Positions 32,692-42,566 of a stretch of DNA of 64,000 nt are shown here, piece by piece. The DNA lies in the NCBI GenBank assembly GCA_964412955.1, contig CAYPQV010000001.1, positions 138,635-202,634 of the forward strand, in the 5' to 3' direction. Position 1 is the stretch's first letter; the number at the start of each line of letters is the position of its first letter. The translations under genes and the position numbers were made by a program. The notes beneath the pieces were generated by a model. The model was not told where the DNA came from. It saw only the letters and a program-made list of their open reading frames with translations, and ran no database searches. Source of the stretch: an uncultured Hyphomicrobiales bacterium. Its GTDB lineage: Bacteria > Pseudomonadota > Alphaproteobacteria > Rhodospirillales > 2-12-FULL-67-15.

Positions 32692-34650
32692 ATGACCGTG
32701 CCCGCGCCGGCGGCCGATCTCGACACTTTGCCCAAATGGCTGCTCGAAAACGCCCGGCGGCGCGGCGAACGCCCGGCGTTCCGCGAGAAAGACTACGGCA
32801 TCTGGCAACAGTGGACTTGGGCCGAGGCGGCGGACGAAATCCGCGATTTCGCCTGCGGCTTGGCCGCGCTCGGCCTCAAGCCCGGCGACAAGATCACCAC
32901 CGTCGGCGACAACCGCCCGAGGCTCTATTGGGCGGTGATCGCCGCGCAGGCGGTCGGCGGGATTCCGGTGCCGGTCTATCAGGATTCGGTCGCGGCCGAG
33001 ATGGGCAAGGTGCTCACCCACGCCGGGGTCCGGTTCGCGGTCGCCGAAAACCAGGAGCAGGTGGACAAGCTGATCGAAATCCGGGACGGCTGTCCGAGCC
33101 TCGAATGGGTCATCTACAGCGATCCGCGCGGCCTCAAACATTACCCGCAGGCCTATCTCAAGTCCTACGCCGACGTGCAGGAGATGGGGCGCGCCTTCGC
33201 CCAGGCCAACCCGAATGTCTTCGCCGACGGCGTCGCCCGCGGCCGGGGCGACGACATCGCGCTGATCGCCTACACCTCGGGCACCACCGGCCAATCCAAG
33301 GGCGTGGTGCTGACCTTCGCCAACCTGATCGAAACCGCGCGGAGCGCCGCGCGCATGGACAAGCTCGGCGACGACGAGGAAATGCTCTCCTACCTGCCGA
33401 TGGCGTGGATCGGCGACATCATCTTCTCGCTCGGGCAAAGCTACGTGTGCGGGTTCTGCATCAGTTGCCCGGAAAGCACCGCGACCGTGCTTTCCGACAT
33501 GCGCGAAATCGGCCCGACCTACTTTTTCGCGCCGCCCCGCATCTTCGAGAACATCCTGACCACGGTGATGATCCGCATCGAGGACGCGAGCGCGATCAAG
33601 CGCGCAATTTTCCGTTATTTCATGGATGTCGCGCGGCGCGTCGGCGCGGACGTTCTCGACCGCAAGCCGGTGTCGTTGTGGGATCGGCTGAATTACGCGC
33701 TCGGCGAGGCCCTGGTCTACGGCCCGCTGCGCAACGTGCTCGGTTTTTCCCGCATCCGGCTCGCCTACACGGCGGGCGAGGCGATCGGGCCGGATATTTT
33801 CCGTTTCTACCGCTCGCTCGGGATCAACGTGAAGCAGCTGTACGGCTCGACCGAGGCCTCGGTATTCGTCACCGTCCAGCCCGACGGCCGCATCAAGCCC
33901 GATTCGGTGGGCGTTCCGGTGCCGGGGGTCGAACTGCGCATCGCCGACAACGGCGAGGTGCTGTTCCGCAGCCCGGGCGTGTTCCATTCGTATTACAAGA
34001 ACGAGGACGCTACCCGCGCGACCAAGACGCCCGACGGCTGGGTGCTCACGGGCGACGCCGGTTTTCTCGACGACGACGGGCAGCTGCACATCATCGACCG
34101 GGCCAAGGACGTGGGCCGGATGAAGGCGGGCCATATGTTTGCGCCCAAGTACATCGAAAACAAGCTCAAGTTCTTCCCCTACATCAAGGAAGCGGTCACC
34201 TTCGGCGACGGGCGCGATTACGTCGCCGCGTTCATCAACATCGATCTGGCGGCGGTCGCCAACTGGGCGGAGCGGCGCGGCCTCGCCTATTCCGGCTACG
34301 CCGATCTCGCGCAACAGCCGGCGGTGCTCGAACTGGTCGACGACTGCGTGCGCAAGGTCAACGCCGACTTGGCCGCCGAAACCCGCCTCGCCGGCTCGCA
34401 GATCCGGCGCTACCTGGTGCTGCACAAGGAACTCGACGCCGATGACGGCGAATTGACCCGCACGCGCAAGGTGCGGCGCGGGTTCGTCGCCGAAAAATAT
34501 GCGCCGCTGGTGGACGCCCTCTATTCGAACCGCGACCGCTGCTCGGTCGAGGCCGAAGTCACCTTCGAGGACGGCCGCAAGGGCAAGATCAGCGCCGAAC
34601 TGACCATCCGCGACGTGGCCGCCGCCCCGCCGCTGCGCAAGGCCGGGTGA
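32692..34650 (+). CDS. AMP-dependent acyl-CoA synthetase (long-chain-fatty-acid-CoA ligase-like)
   Basis: AMP-binding motif '[14 protein letters not shown]', then 'YGSTE' and '[25 protein letters not shown]'. The start is at the ATG at 32692. Confidence 0.85.
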   Translation: MTVPAPAADLDTLPKWLLENARRRGERPAFREKDYGIWQQWTWAEAADEIRDFACGLAALGLKPGDKITTVGDNRPRLYWAVIAAQAVGGIPVPVYQDSVAAEMGKVLTHAGVRFAVAENQEQVDKLIEIRDGCPSLEWVIYSDPRGLKHYPQAYLKSYADVQEMGRAFAQANPNVFADGVARGRGDDIALIAYTSGTTGQSKGVVLTFANLIETARSAARMDKLGDDEEMLSYLPMAWIGDIIFSLGQSYVCGFCISCPESTATVLSDMREIGPTYFFAPPRIFENILTTVMIRIEDASAIKRAIFRYFMDVARRVGADVLDRKPVSLWDRLNYALGEALVYGPLRNVLGFSRIRLAYTAGEAIGPDIFRFYRSLGINVKQLYGSTEASVFVTVQPDGRIKPDSVGVPVPGVELRIADNGEVLFRSPGVFHSYYKNEDATRATKTPDGWVLTGDAGFLDDDGQLHIIDRAKDVGRMKAGHMFAPKYIENKLKFFPYIKEAVTFGDGRDYVAAFINIDLAAVANWAERRGLAYSGYADLAQQPAVLELVDDCVRKVNADLAAETRLAGSQIRRYLVLHKELDADDGELTRTRKVRRGFVAEKYAPLVDALYSNRDRCSVEAEVTFEDGRKGKISAELTIRDVAAAPPLRKAG

Positions 34651-35444
34651 GCGCCATGGAACGCCTGCGCAAGATCGGCGACACGGTTTTGACGCTGGAC
34701 AACATCAGCCTCGCGTTCGGCGGCGTCAAGGCGCTGACCGACGTGAGCTTCGAGGTGCGCGCGCACGAGATTCTCGCCATCATCGGCCCCAACGGGGCGG
34801 GCAAGAGCTCCATGCTCAACGTCATCAACGGCTTCTATCACCCGCAGCAGGGCACCATCGTCTTCGAGGGCAAGCCCCGCAGGCGGATGGAACCGCACGA
34901 AGCCGCCACCCACGGCATCGCCCGCACCTTCCAGAACATCGCGCTGTTCAAGGGCATGAGCACGCTCGACAACATCATGACCGGGCGCAACACCAAGATG
35001 AAACGGAACCTGTTCTGGCAGGCGCTGTACTACGGGCCCGCCCTCAAGGAGGAAGTCGAGCACCGCGCCGCGTGCGAGAAGGTCATCGACTTCCTCGAAA
35101 TCGAATCGATCCGCAAGACGCCCGTGGGCAAGCTCCCCTACGGCTTGCAGAAACGGGTGGAATTGGGCCGCGCGCTCGCGGCCGAGCCGACCCTGCTGCT
35201 GCTGGACGAGCCGATGGCCGGCATGAACCTGGAGGAAAAGCAGGACATGTGCCGCTTCATCCTCGACGTCAACGACGAGTTCGGCACCACCATCGTCCTG
35301 ATCGAACACGACATGGGCGTGGTGATGGACATTTCCGACCGGGTGGTGGTGCTCGACTACGGCCGCAAGATCGCGGAAGGCACCCCCGACCAGGTGCGCG
35401 CCAACCGGGACGTGATCGACGCCTATCTCGGCGTCTCCCACTGA
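34647..35444 (+). CDS. ABC transporter ATP-binding protein (LivG-like)
   Basis: Walker A 'GPNGAGKSS', signature 'LPYGLQKRVELGRAL' and Walker B 'LLLLDEPMAG'. The GTG start overlaps the preceding stop (GTGA). Confidence 0.9.
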   Translation: MSAMERLRKIGDTVLTLDNISLAFGGVKALTDVSFEVRAHEILAIIGPNGAGKSSMLNVINGFYHPQQGTIVFEGKPRRRMEPHEAATHGIARTFQNIALFKGMSTLDNIMTGRNTKMKRNLFWQALYYGPALKEEVEHRAACEKVIDFLEIESIRKTPVGKLPYGLQKRVELGRALAAEPTLLLLDEPMAGMNLEEKQDMCRFILDVNDEFGTTIVLIEHDMGVVMDISDRVVVLDYGRKIAEGTPDQVRANRDVIDAYLGVSH

Positions 35445-35465
35445 GGACCGCAACGGACATCAAAC

Positions 35466-36353
35466 ATGGATTTCCTGTTCTTCCTCGAGGTTCTGATCGG
35501 CGGCCTGCTGTCGGGCACCATGTATTCGCTGGTGGCGCTCGGGTTCGTCCTGATCTTCAAGGCCTCCGGCGTGTTTAACTTCGCGCAGGGCACCATGGTC
35601 CTGTTCGCGGCGCTGACCTTCGTGCGCCTGGTCGAGATGGGCTGGAACTTCTGGCTCGCCATCGCCGCCACCTTCGCCGCCATGGTGGCGCTGGCGTTCG
35701 CGATCGAGCGGTTCGTGCTCCGCCCGATGGTCAATCAGCCGCTCATCATCCTGTTCATGGCGACCATCGGCATCACGTTCTTCCTCGAAGGCTTCACCCA
35801 GACGATCTGGGACAGCGACGTGCACCGCCTCGACCTCGGCATCAAGGACACGCCGTGGGAGATCAAGGGCATGCTGGTCAGCCAGTTCGACGTGTTCGCC
35901 GCCGTCGCCGCCGGTTCCATGGTCGCGGCGCTGGCCGTTTTCTTCAACAAGACCCGGGTCGGGCGCGCGCTGCGCGCCGTCGCCGACGACCATCAGGCGG
36001 CGATGTCGGTCGGCATTCCGCTGCAGCACATCTGGGTGGTGGTGTGGACCGCCGCCGGCGTGGTCGCCCTGGTGGCGGGGCTGTTGTGGGGCGCGCGCCT
36101 CGGCGTGCAGTTCTCGATCACCATCGTCGCCCTGAAGGCGCTGCCGGTGCTGATCCTCGGCGGATTCACCTCGGTGCCGGGCGCGATCATCGGCGGCCTG
36201 ATCATTGGCGCGGGCGAAAAGCTGGCCGAGGTCTATATCGGCCCCCTGGTCGGCGGCGCGATCGAGAACTGGTTCCCCTACATGCTCGCCATGGTCTTCC
36301 TGCTGTTCCGGCCGCAGGGACTGTTCGGCGAGAAGATCATCGAGCGGGTGTGA
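35466..36353 (+). CDS. Branched-chain amino acid-type ABC transporter permease (LivH-like)
   Basis: 295 aa and highly hydrophobic. 'GLLSGTMYSLVALGFVLIFKASGVFNFAQG' is a typical LivH-family N-terminus. Confidence 0.9.
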   Translation: MDFLFFLEVLIGGLLSGTMYSLVALGFVLIFKASGVFNFAQGTMVLFAALTFVRLVEMGWNFWLAIAATFAAMVALAFAIERFVLRPMVNQPLIILFMATIGITFFLEGFTQTIWDSDVHRLDLGIKDTPWEIKGMLVSQFDVFAAVAAGSMVAALAVFFNKTRVGRALRAVADDHQAAMSVGIPLQHIWVVVWTAAGVVALVAGLLWGARLGVQFSITIVALKALPVLILGGFTSVPGAIIGGLIIGAGEKLAEVYIGPLVGGAIENWFPYMLAMVFLLFRPQGLFGEKIIERV

Positions 36354-36356
36354 ACG

Positions 36357-37424
36357 ATGTTTTACCGCGAGGCCGGCCTGTTCAAGACCACCTACCCCGC
36401 CGACCAGGCGATCTTTCCGCTGCCGCTGGATCGCTGGGGGATGGCGGTCGCGCTGGTCGTCGCCTACGCCGTCATCCCGACGATCGCCGACGATTACTGG
36501 CTGCGCTCGATCCTGATTCCGTTCCTGATCTACTCGCTGGGCGCGATCGGCCTCAACATCCTCACCGGCTACGCCGGACAGTTGAGCCTCGGCACCGCCG
36601 GGTTCATGGCGGTCGGCGCATTCGCCGCCTACAATTTTTCGATCCGCCTGCCGGAAGTGCCGCTGCTGGTCAACTTCGCGTTGTCCGGCCTGATCACCGC
36701 CGGCGTCGGCGTGCTGTTCGGCATTCCCAGCCTGCGCATCAAGGGGTTTTATCTCGCGGTGGCGACGCTGGCGGCGCAGTTCTTTCTGGTCTGGCTGTTC
36801 ACGCGCGTCGGCTGGTTCACCAACTACTCGCCGTCCGGCGTCATCACCGCGCCGCCGATGCAGGTGTTCGGCATCCCGATCGACAGTTCGGTCAGCCGCT
36901 ACATCTTCACCCTTTCGGTGGTCGCGGTGCTCGCGCTCGCCGCCAAAAACATGGTGCGCGGCAACATCGGCCGCAAATGGATGGCGATCCGCGATATGGA
37001 CATCGCCGCCGAAATCATCGGCATTTCCCCGCTCGGCGCCAAGCTGTCCGCCTTCGCCGTCAGTTCCTTCTACTGCGGCGTCGCGGGAGCGATGTGGGCC
37101 TATCTGTACCTCGGCACGGTCGAGCCCGACGCTTTCGGCGTCGATCGTTCGTTCCAGTTCCTGTTCATGATCATCATCGGCGGATTGGGGTCGATCCTGG
37201 GGTCGTTCCTCGGCGCGGGCTTCATCGTCCTGCTGCCGATTCTGATCACCAACGTCGGCTACTTTCTCACCGGCGGCACGTTGCCGGCGCACGTGGTCAC
37301 GCATACCCAGTACATGATCTTCGGCGCGTTGATCGTGTTCTTCCTGATCGTGGAGCCGCACGGCCTCGCGCGCCTGTGGCAGATCGCCAAGGAGAAGCTG
37401 CGGCTTTGGCCGTTCCCGTACTGA
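36357..37424 (+). CDS. Branched-chain amino acid-type ABC transporter permease (LivM-like)
   Basis: A 355-aa polytopic protein. 'GLNILTGYAGQLSLGTAGFMAVGAF' is the LivM-family motif. Confidence 0.9.
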   Translation: MFYREAGLFKTTYPADQAIFPLPLDRWGMAVALVVAYAVIPTIADDYWLRSILIPFLIYSLGAIGLNILTGYAGQLSLGTAGFMAVGAFAAYNFSIRLPEVPLLVNFALSGLITAGVGVLFGIPSLRIKGFYLAVATLAAQFFLVWLFTRVGWFTNYSPSGVITAPPMQVFGIPIDSSVSRYIFTLSVVAVLALAAKNMVRGNIGRKWMAIRDMDIAAEIIGISPLGAKLSAFAVSSFYCGVAGAMWAYLYLGTVEPDAFGVDRSFQFLFMIIIGGLGSILGSFLGAGFIVLLPILITNVGYFLTGGTLPAHVVTHTQYMIFGALIVFFLIVEPHGLARLWQIAKEKLRLWPFPY

Positions 37425-37510
37425 TTGCGGGGGGATCGAGCCGCGTGTTAGATTTGAGGCAATACCAACAACGAAACACGTACTCGTGTTCACACCCTAG
37501 GGAGGATCCC

Positions 37511-38839
37511 ATGAACGTGAAAAAGTGCGTCTTGAATCTCGCCGGCGCCGCCGCGGTCGCGGCGTTCGCCGCGATGCCCGCCTGGGCGCAAAACGAGCAG
37601 TTCATTCCGGTGACCACCTACGACACCGGACCGTTCGCGGTGAACGGCCAGCCGTTCATGGACGGCTTCGTCGACTACTTCAAGATGATCAACGCCCGCG
37701 ACGGCGGCGTCGGCGGCGTCAAGCTGGTCTGGGAAGAATGCGAAACCGAATACAAGCCCGACCGCTTCGTCGAATGCTACGAGAAGCTGAAGAAGAAGGG
37801 CCCGACCGGCGCGGCGGTGTTCAACCCGCTCGGCACCGGCCTGACCTACGCGGTGATCGACCGCGCCGCGGTCGACAAGGTTCCGGTCATCTCCATGGGC
37901 TACGGCCGCACCGACGCGACCGACGGCCGCGTGTTCCCCTACATCTTCCCGCTGGTGACCAACTACTGGTCGCAGAGCACGACCAAGATCAAGTTCATCG
38001 GCCAGCAGTTGGGCGGCATGGACAAGCTCAAGGGCAAGAAGATCGCCAACCTCTACCACGACTCGGCCTACGGCAAGGAAACCCTGCCGGTGCTCGAAGC
38101 GCAGGCCAAGAAGTACGGCTTCGACCTCAAGTCCTATGCCGTCGGCGGCGCGGCCATGACCGACCAGACCGCCATCTGGCAGCAGATCCGCCAATACCGG
38201 CCCGACTTCGTGATCGTGCGCGGCTGGGGCGTGATGAACAAGGTGGCGATCGAAACCGCCGCCCGCATGGCGATCCCGCGCGAGAAGCTGATCGGGGTGT
38301 GGTGGAGTTGCGCCGAGCAGGACACCGTGCCCGCCGGCGACGCGGCCGCCAACTACATCTGCGCCAGTTTCCACGGCGCGGGCAAGGACTTCCCGGTCGT
38401 CCAGGACATCCTCAAGCATGTCTACGCCAAGAAGGAAGGCGCGGGCCCCGAGGCCGCCGTCGGCACCATCATGTGGAATCGCGGACTGGTGAACGCCGTC
38501 CTGGTCGTCGAAGCGATCAAGAAGGCGCAAGGCAAATACGGCAAGAAGCCGCTCACCGGCGAACAGGTCCGTTGGGGCATCGAAAACCTCGATCTCACCA
38601 ACGACTACATCAAGTCGATCGGCGCCACCGGCCTGGTGCCGCCGATGAAGGTATCCTGCGCCGACCACGAAGGCTCGGGCCGCGCCCGCTTCGTGCAATG
38701 GACCGGCAAAGGCTGGAAGAACGTGTCCGATTGGATCGATTCGGACCAGTCCATCGTCCGGCCGATGATCGAGGCTTCGTCGACGCAATACGCCAAGGAG
38801 AAGAACATCGCCTTGCGCGATTGCTCGAAGGAAATGTAG
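37511..38839 (+). CDS. ABC transporter periplasmic substrate-binding protein (type I PBP, Liv-like)
   Basis: The signal peptide is 'MNVKKCVLNLAGAAAVAAFAAMPAWA'. It is 442 aa, lies within the ABC operon, and has a strong SD GGGAGGA at 37500-37506. Confidence 0.85.
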   Translation: MNVKKCVLNLAGAAAVAAFAAMPAWAQNEQFIPVTTYDTGPFAVNGQPFMDGFVDYFKMINARDGGVGGVKLVWEECETEYKPDRFVECYEKLKKKGPTGAAVFNPLGTGLTYAVIDRAAVDKVPVISMGYGRTDATDGRVFPYIFPLVTNYWSQSTTKIKFIGQQLGGMDKLKGKKIANLYHDSAYGKETLPVLEAQAKKYGFDLKSYAVGGAAMTDQTAIWQQIRQYRPDFVIVRGWGVMNKVAIETAARMAIPREKLIGVWWSCAEQDTVPAGDAAANYICASFHGAGKDFPVVQDILKHVYAKKEGAGPEAAVGTIMWNRGLVNAVLVVEAIKKAQGKYGKKPLTGEQVRWGIENLDLTNDYIKSIGATGLVPPMKVSCADHEGSGRARFVQWTGKGWKNVSDWIDSDQSIVRPMIEASSTQYAKEKNIALRDCSKEM

Positions 38840-38874
38840 GCGCGCGCCATACGCAGCGAACGCGCGGGGACGCC

Positions 38875-39684
38875 GTGACCGCCGGGGCCTTGCTCGACGT
38901 CAACAACGTCGAGGTCATCTACGATCACGTGATCCTGGTGCTGAAAGGCGTCTCGCTCCAGGTTCCCGAGGGGGGCATCGTCGCCCTCCTCGGGGCCAAC
39001 GGCGCGGGCAAGACCACCACGCTCAAGGCCGTCTCCAACCTGCTCGGGGCCGAGCGCGGCGAGGTGACCAAGGGCGGCATCACGTTCCGCGGCGAGCGGA
39101 TCGACCGCCTGACCCCGACCGATCTGGTCAAGCGCGGCGTCATCCAGGTGATGGAAGGACGCCATTGCTTCGAGCACCTGACGGTCGAGGAAAATCTCCT
39201 CACCGGCGCCTACACCCGCCGCGACGGCCGCGACGCGGTCAAGAACAGCCTGGAAAAGGTCTATCACTACTTTCCCCGCCTGAAAGAGCGCCGCGACTCG
39301 CTCGCCGGCTACACCTCGGGCGGCGAACAGCAGATGACCGCCATCGGCCGCGCGCTGATGGCGAATCCGAAAATGATCCTGCTCGACGAGCCCTCCATGG
39401 GCCTCGCGCCGCAGCTGGTCGAGGAAATTTTCGAGATCGTCGAGCGCCTCAACCGCGACGAAAAGGTGAGCATCCTGCTCGCCGAGCAGAACACCCGCAT
39501 CGCGCTCAAGTACGCGACCTACGGCTACATCCTGGAAAACGGCCGGGTGGTCATGGACGGCGACGCGGCGCAACTGCGCGAGAACGAGGACGTCAAGGAA
39601 TTCTATCTCGGCTTCGGCGGCGGCGGGCGCAAGAGCTTCCGCGACGTCAAGCACTACCGCCGCCGCAAGCGCTGGCTGTCGTAA
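38875..39684 (+). CDS. ABC transporter ATP-binding protein (LivF-like)
   Basis: Walker A 'GANGAGKTT', signature 'TSGGEQQM' and Walker B 'ILLDEPSMGL'. GTG start at 38875. Confidence 0.9.
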   Translation: MTAGALLDVNNVEVIYDHVILVLKGVSLQVPEGGIVALLGANGAGKTTTLKAVSNLLGAERGEVTKGGITFRGERIDRLTPTDLVKRGVIQVMEGRHCFEHLTVEENLLTGAYTRRDGRDAVKNSLEKVYHYFPRLKERRDSLAGYTSGGEQQMTAIGRALMANPKMILLDEPSMGLAPQLVEEIFEIVERLNRDEKVSILLAEQNTRIALKYATYGYILENGRVVMDGDAAQLRENEDVKEFYLGFGGGGRKSFRDVKHYRRRKRWLS

Positions 39685-39694
39685 GGCGCGCGCC

Positions 39695-40945
39695 ATGTCC
39701 GCCGCGCCGGCCGGCCGTTATTACGATTCCCTCGAAACCCGCGATCCGGCGGCGCGCGAACGCGACCAGTTCGCCCGGCTCGCCGACCACATCCGCCACG
39801 CCAAGACCCATGCGCCCTATTTCGCCCGGCTTCTCGCCGACGTCGACCCGGCCGAGGTGCGCGACCGCGCCCGTTTGGCCAAACTGCCGGTCACCCGCAA
39901 ATCGGATTTGGTGAACCTGCAAAAAACCGATCCGCCGCTGGGCGGGCTCGCCGCCGTCACGCCCGGCAAGCTCGCCCGCATCTACCAATCCCCCGGCCCG
40001 ACCTACGACCCGGAAGGTTTCGGCGCCGACTGGTGGCGCACCGCGCGCGGGGTGTACGCCGCCGGCTTCCGCGAAGGCGACATCGTGCATAACGCCTTCG
40101 CCTACCACTTCACCCCGGCGGGCGCGATGATGGAAGCGGGCGCGCACGCGGTCGGCTGCGCGGTCTTTCCCGCGGGCGGCGGCCAGACCGAGCTTCAGGT
40201 TCGCGCCATCGCCGACGTGCGCCCGACCGGCTACATGGGCACGCCGTCGTTCCTGAAGATCATCCTGGAGAAGGGCCGCGAGACCGGCGCCGACCTCGGC
40301 AGCCTCAAGCGCGCCCTGGTCGCGGGCGAGGCGTTGCCGCCCGCCTTGCGCGCCGAACTTTCAAGCGCGGGCATCGACGTCTATCAATGCTACGCCAGCG
40401 CCGATCTCGGCCTGATCGGCTACGAATCGGAAGCCAGGGAAGGATTCATCGTCGAGGAAGGCCTGATCGTCGAAATCGTCCGCCCCGGCACCGGCGATCC
40501 GGTCGCGCCGGGCGAAGTGGGCGAAGTGGTCGCGACCCTGTTCAATCGCGAATACCCGCTGATCCGGTTCGCGACCGGCGATCTGTCGGCGATGTTGCCG
40601 GGGATCAGCCCGTGCGGGCGCACCGGGCCGCGCCTCAAGGGTTGGATGGGTCGCGCGGACCAGACCACCAAGGTGCGCGGCATGTTCGTGCACCCCGCGC
40701 AGATCGCCGACGTGCTGAAGCGCCATCCGGAAATCAAAAAAGCCCGCCTGGTGGTCGATCAGGAAGACGGCAGGGACACCATGACGCTCATGGTCGAGGC
40801 CGCGACCCCGCCCGCGGGCCTCGGCGAGCGGATCGCCGAAACGATCCAGGCGGTGTGCAAGCTGCGCGGCGCGGCCGCGTTCGTCGCGCCCGGCAGCCTC
40901 CCCAACGACGGCAAGGTGATCGAGGACAAGCGCAAGCTCGCGTGA
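39695..40945 (+). CDS. Phenylacetate-CoA ligase family (PaaK/F390 synthetase-like) adenylating enzyme
   Basis: 416 aa. 'LPVTRKSDL', 'GTPSFLKIILEK' and 'YASADLGLIGYES...RFATGDLS' resemble the short PaaK-type ANL enzymes that commonly terminate this kind of ABC operon. Confidence 0.75.
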   Translation: MSAAPAGRYYDSLETRDPAARERDQFARLADHIRHAKTHAPYFARLLADVDPAEVRDRARLAKLPVTRKSDLVNLQKTDPPLGGLAAVTPGKLARIYQSPGPTYDPEGFGADWWRTARGVYAAGFREGDIVHNAFAYHFTPAGAMMEAGAHAVGCAVFPAGGGQTELQVRAIADVRPTGYMGTPSFLKIILEKGRETGADLGSLKRALVAGEALPPALRAELSSAGIDVYQCYASADLGLIGYESEAREGFIVEEGLIVEIVRPGTGDPVAPGEVGEVVATLFNREYPLIRFATGDLSAMLPGISPCGRTGPRLKGWMGRADQTTKVRGMFVHPAQIADVLKRHPEIKKARLVVDQEDGRDTMTLMVEAATPPAGLGERIAETIQAVCKLRGAAAFVAPGSLPNDGKVIEDKRKLA

Positions 40946-41019
40946 CGGTGAACGACGTCTCACGGCGTTGTGAAGGCGCGGGCGTTTTCCGGCCGGAAAC
41001 ATCGTTTATAATTCCCGCC

Positions 41020-41172
41020 ATAAAAGGTGCGGGACCGGCTCCCCTTCCGGTTCCACCCGGCACCCCGGAGCCTCGTGCGCATCCCCATTGGGCACGGAGG
41101 GTCCACCCGGGACACCTGTGGACGCGCGACCCACACCCCGGCGGCCGGCCTCCTCCGGCCGCCGGTTTTTTT
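41020..41172 (+). ncRNA. Candidate trans-acting sRNA with C-rich anti-SD loops (5' end inferred)
   Basis: There is a TATAAT box at 41007-41012. Hairpin 1 spans 41031-41054 (loop CUCCCCUU). Hairpin 2 spans 41071-41100 (loop contains AUCCCCAUU). Hairpin 3 spans 41101-41123. The terminator hairpin has the loop reading CCUCCUCC. No ORF with plausible coding character is present. Confidence 0.35.
41138..41172 (+). terminator. Strong intrinsic terminator
   Basis: A perfect 11-bp GC stem CCGGCGGCCGG (41138-41148) against CCGGCCGCCGG (41155-41165), a CCTCCT loop, and then seven T (41166-41172). Confidence 0.8.
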
Positions 41173-41280
41173 CGGCGGGAAACCGGGCTTACCCCGTCCT
41201 TCAAACGCCATTCTTTTTCGGATACGGTGCGCGGGCGCTCGTCCGCCGCCCCATGCCCGTCCCCATGTTAAGGCTGATCC

Positions 41281-41904
41281 ATGCCGCTGTTCACCGGACA
41301 TGACCTGACCTGCGTCCGCGGCGAGCGGCGGGTGTTCGCGCACCTCGCCTTTGCGCTCGATCCCGGCCGGGTCCTGGTGCTGACCGGCGCCAACGGCTCG
41401 GGCAAGACCTCGCTCATGCGCCTAATGGCCGGGCTCGGCCGCCCGGCCGAGGGCGAGATCCGCTGGAACGGCGAAAACATCGCCGACGATCCCGAAAGCC
41501 ACAACGCGCGCCTGCACTACGTCGGTCACGGCGACACGGTGAAACCCGCGCTCACCGCGCGCGAGAACGTCGCGTTCTGGACCGCGTTGCGCGGCTCAGG
41601 CGACCCGGGCGCCGGCCTCGCCGCGTTCGGGCTTGCGCCGCTCGCCGAGGTGCCCGGACGTTTTCTGTCCGCCGGCCAGCGCCGCCGGGTCAACCTGGCG
41701 CGGCTCGCCGCGTCGCGCGCCGACCTTTGGCTGCTCGACGAGCCCGCGACCGCGCTCGATTCCGATTCGCTCGCGTGCCTCCGGCGCGCCATCGCGGATC
41801 ATCGCGCGCGCGGCGGCATGGTGGTGCTTTCGACCCACGGCGGCCTCGACGTCCCGGATGCCGCCTTCCTCGATCTTTCGGCGCACGCGCGGGCGGCGGC
41901 ATGA
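41281..41904 (+). CDS. ccmA: Haem exporter ATP-binding protein CcmA
   Basis: Walker A 'GANGSGKTS', signature 'LSAGQRRRVNLARL' and Walker B 'LWLLDEP'. It is the first gene of the ccm cluster. Confidence 0.9.
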   Translation: MPLFTGHDLTCVRGERRVFAHLAFALDPGRVLVLTGANGSGKTSLMRLMAGLGRPAEGEIRWNGENIADDPESHNARLHYVGHGDTVKPALTARENVAFWTALRGSGDPGAGLAAFGLAPLAEVPGRFLSAGQRRRVNLARLAASRADLWLLDEPATALDSDSLACLRRAIADHRARGGMVVLSTHGGLDVPDAAFLDLSAHARAAA

Positions 41905-42566
41905 ATCCGTTCTTCGCCATCGTCCGGCGCGACGCGCGCCTCGCCTTCCGCCAGGGCACCGACACCCTGATGACGCTCGCCTTCTTCGTCATCGCGGTCG
42001 TGCTGTTCCCGTTCGGGGTCGGGCCGGAGCCCAACGTCCTCGCCCGCATCGGCGGCGGCGTGGTGTGGGTGGCGGCGCTGCTCGCCTCCATGCTCGCGCT
42101 CGAACGCCTGTTCCAGGCCGACTACGAGGACGGCGGTCTCGAACTGCTGGCGCTGACGCCGATGCCGCTCGCGGCGGTCGCGTTGGCCAAGGTCCTCGCC
42201 CATTGGCTGGCGACCGGCCTGCCGCTGGCGGTGGCGGCGCCGGCGCTCGCGGTGATGATGAACATGCATGCCGACGTCCTTGGGGTGCTGATCGGCGCGT
42301 TGCTGTTGGGCACGCCGACGCTGAGCCTGATCGGGGCGATCGGCGCCGGGTTGATCCTGGGCGCGCGCCGGGGCGGCGTGCTGCTGGCGCTCCTGGTGCT
42401 GCCGCTCTTTATTCCCGTGCTGGTGTTCGGGGTTTCGGCGGTCGAAATGGCGGCGCAAGGGTTGTCGCCCGCCGCCTCGCTCCTGATCCTCGGCGGCATG
42501 TTCCTCGCGGCGCTGGCGCTGGCCCCTTGGGCCGCCGCCGCGGCGATCCGCCAGGCCTTGGAATGA
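41901..42566 (+). CDS. ccmB: Haem exporter permease CcmB
   Basis: 'FFAIVRRDARLAFRQG...LFPFGVGPE...LERLFQADYEDGGLELL'. The ATG overlaps the ccmA stop (ATGA). Confidence 0.9.
   Translation: MNPFFAIVRRDARLAFRQGTDTLMTLAFFVIAVVLFPFGVGPEPNVLARIGGGVVWVAALLASMLALERLFQADYEDGGLELLALTPMPLAAVALAKVLAHWLATGLPLAVAAPALAVMMNMHADVLGVLIGALLLGTPTLSLIGAIGAGLILGARRGGVLLALLVLPLFIPVLVFGVSAVEMAAQGLSPAASLLILGGMFLAALALAPWAAAAAIRQALE

Noticed and set aside
35460-37493. 677-aa minus-strand ORF
   Set aside because: It is antisense to the two ABC permease genes, whose translations are clearly membrane proteins. The sequence is rich in charged residues such as Asp, Arg, Glu, Gln and His, which is an artefact of reading hydrophobic codons in reverse.
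40946-41020. Near-palindrome TTTCCGGCCGGAAA (40984-40997) as the terminator of the PaaK-like gene
   Set aside because: It has no loop and only a weak T tract. It could equally be a -35-region operator for the candidate sRNA, and there is not enough evidence to annotate it either way.
41031-41060. Possible SRP (4.5S) RNA on the minus strand, because of a CCGGAAGG tetraloop-like sequence
   Set aside because: The flanking sequence lacks the conserved domain IV elements (the AGCA/AGCAGCC 3' side and the GGUCAGGU-type 5' side). In addition, the only terminator is plus-strand oriented.
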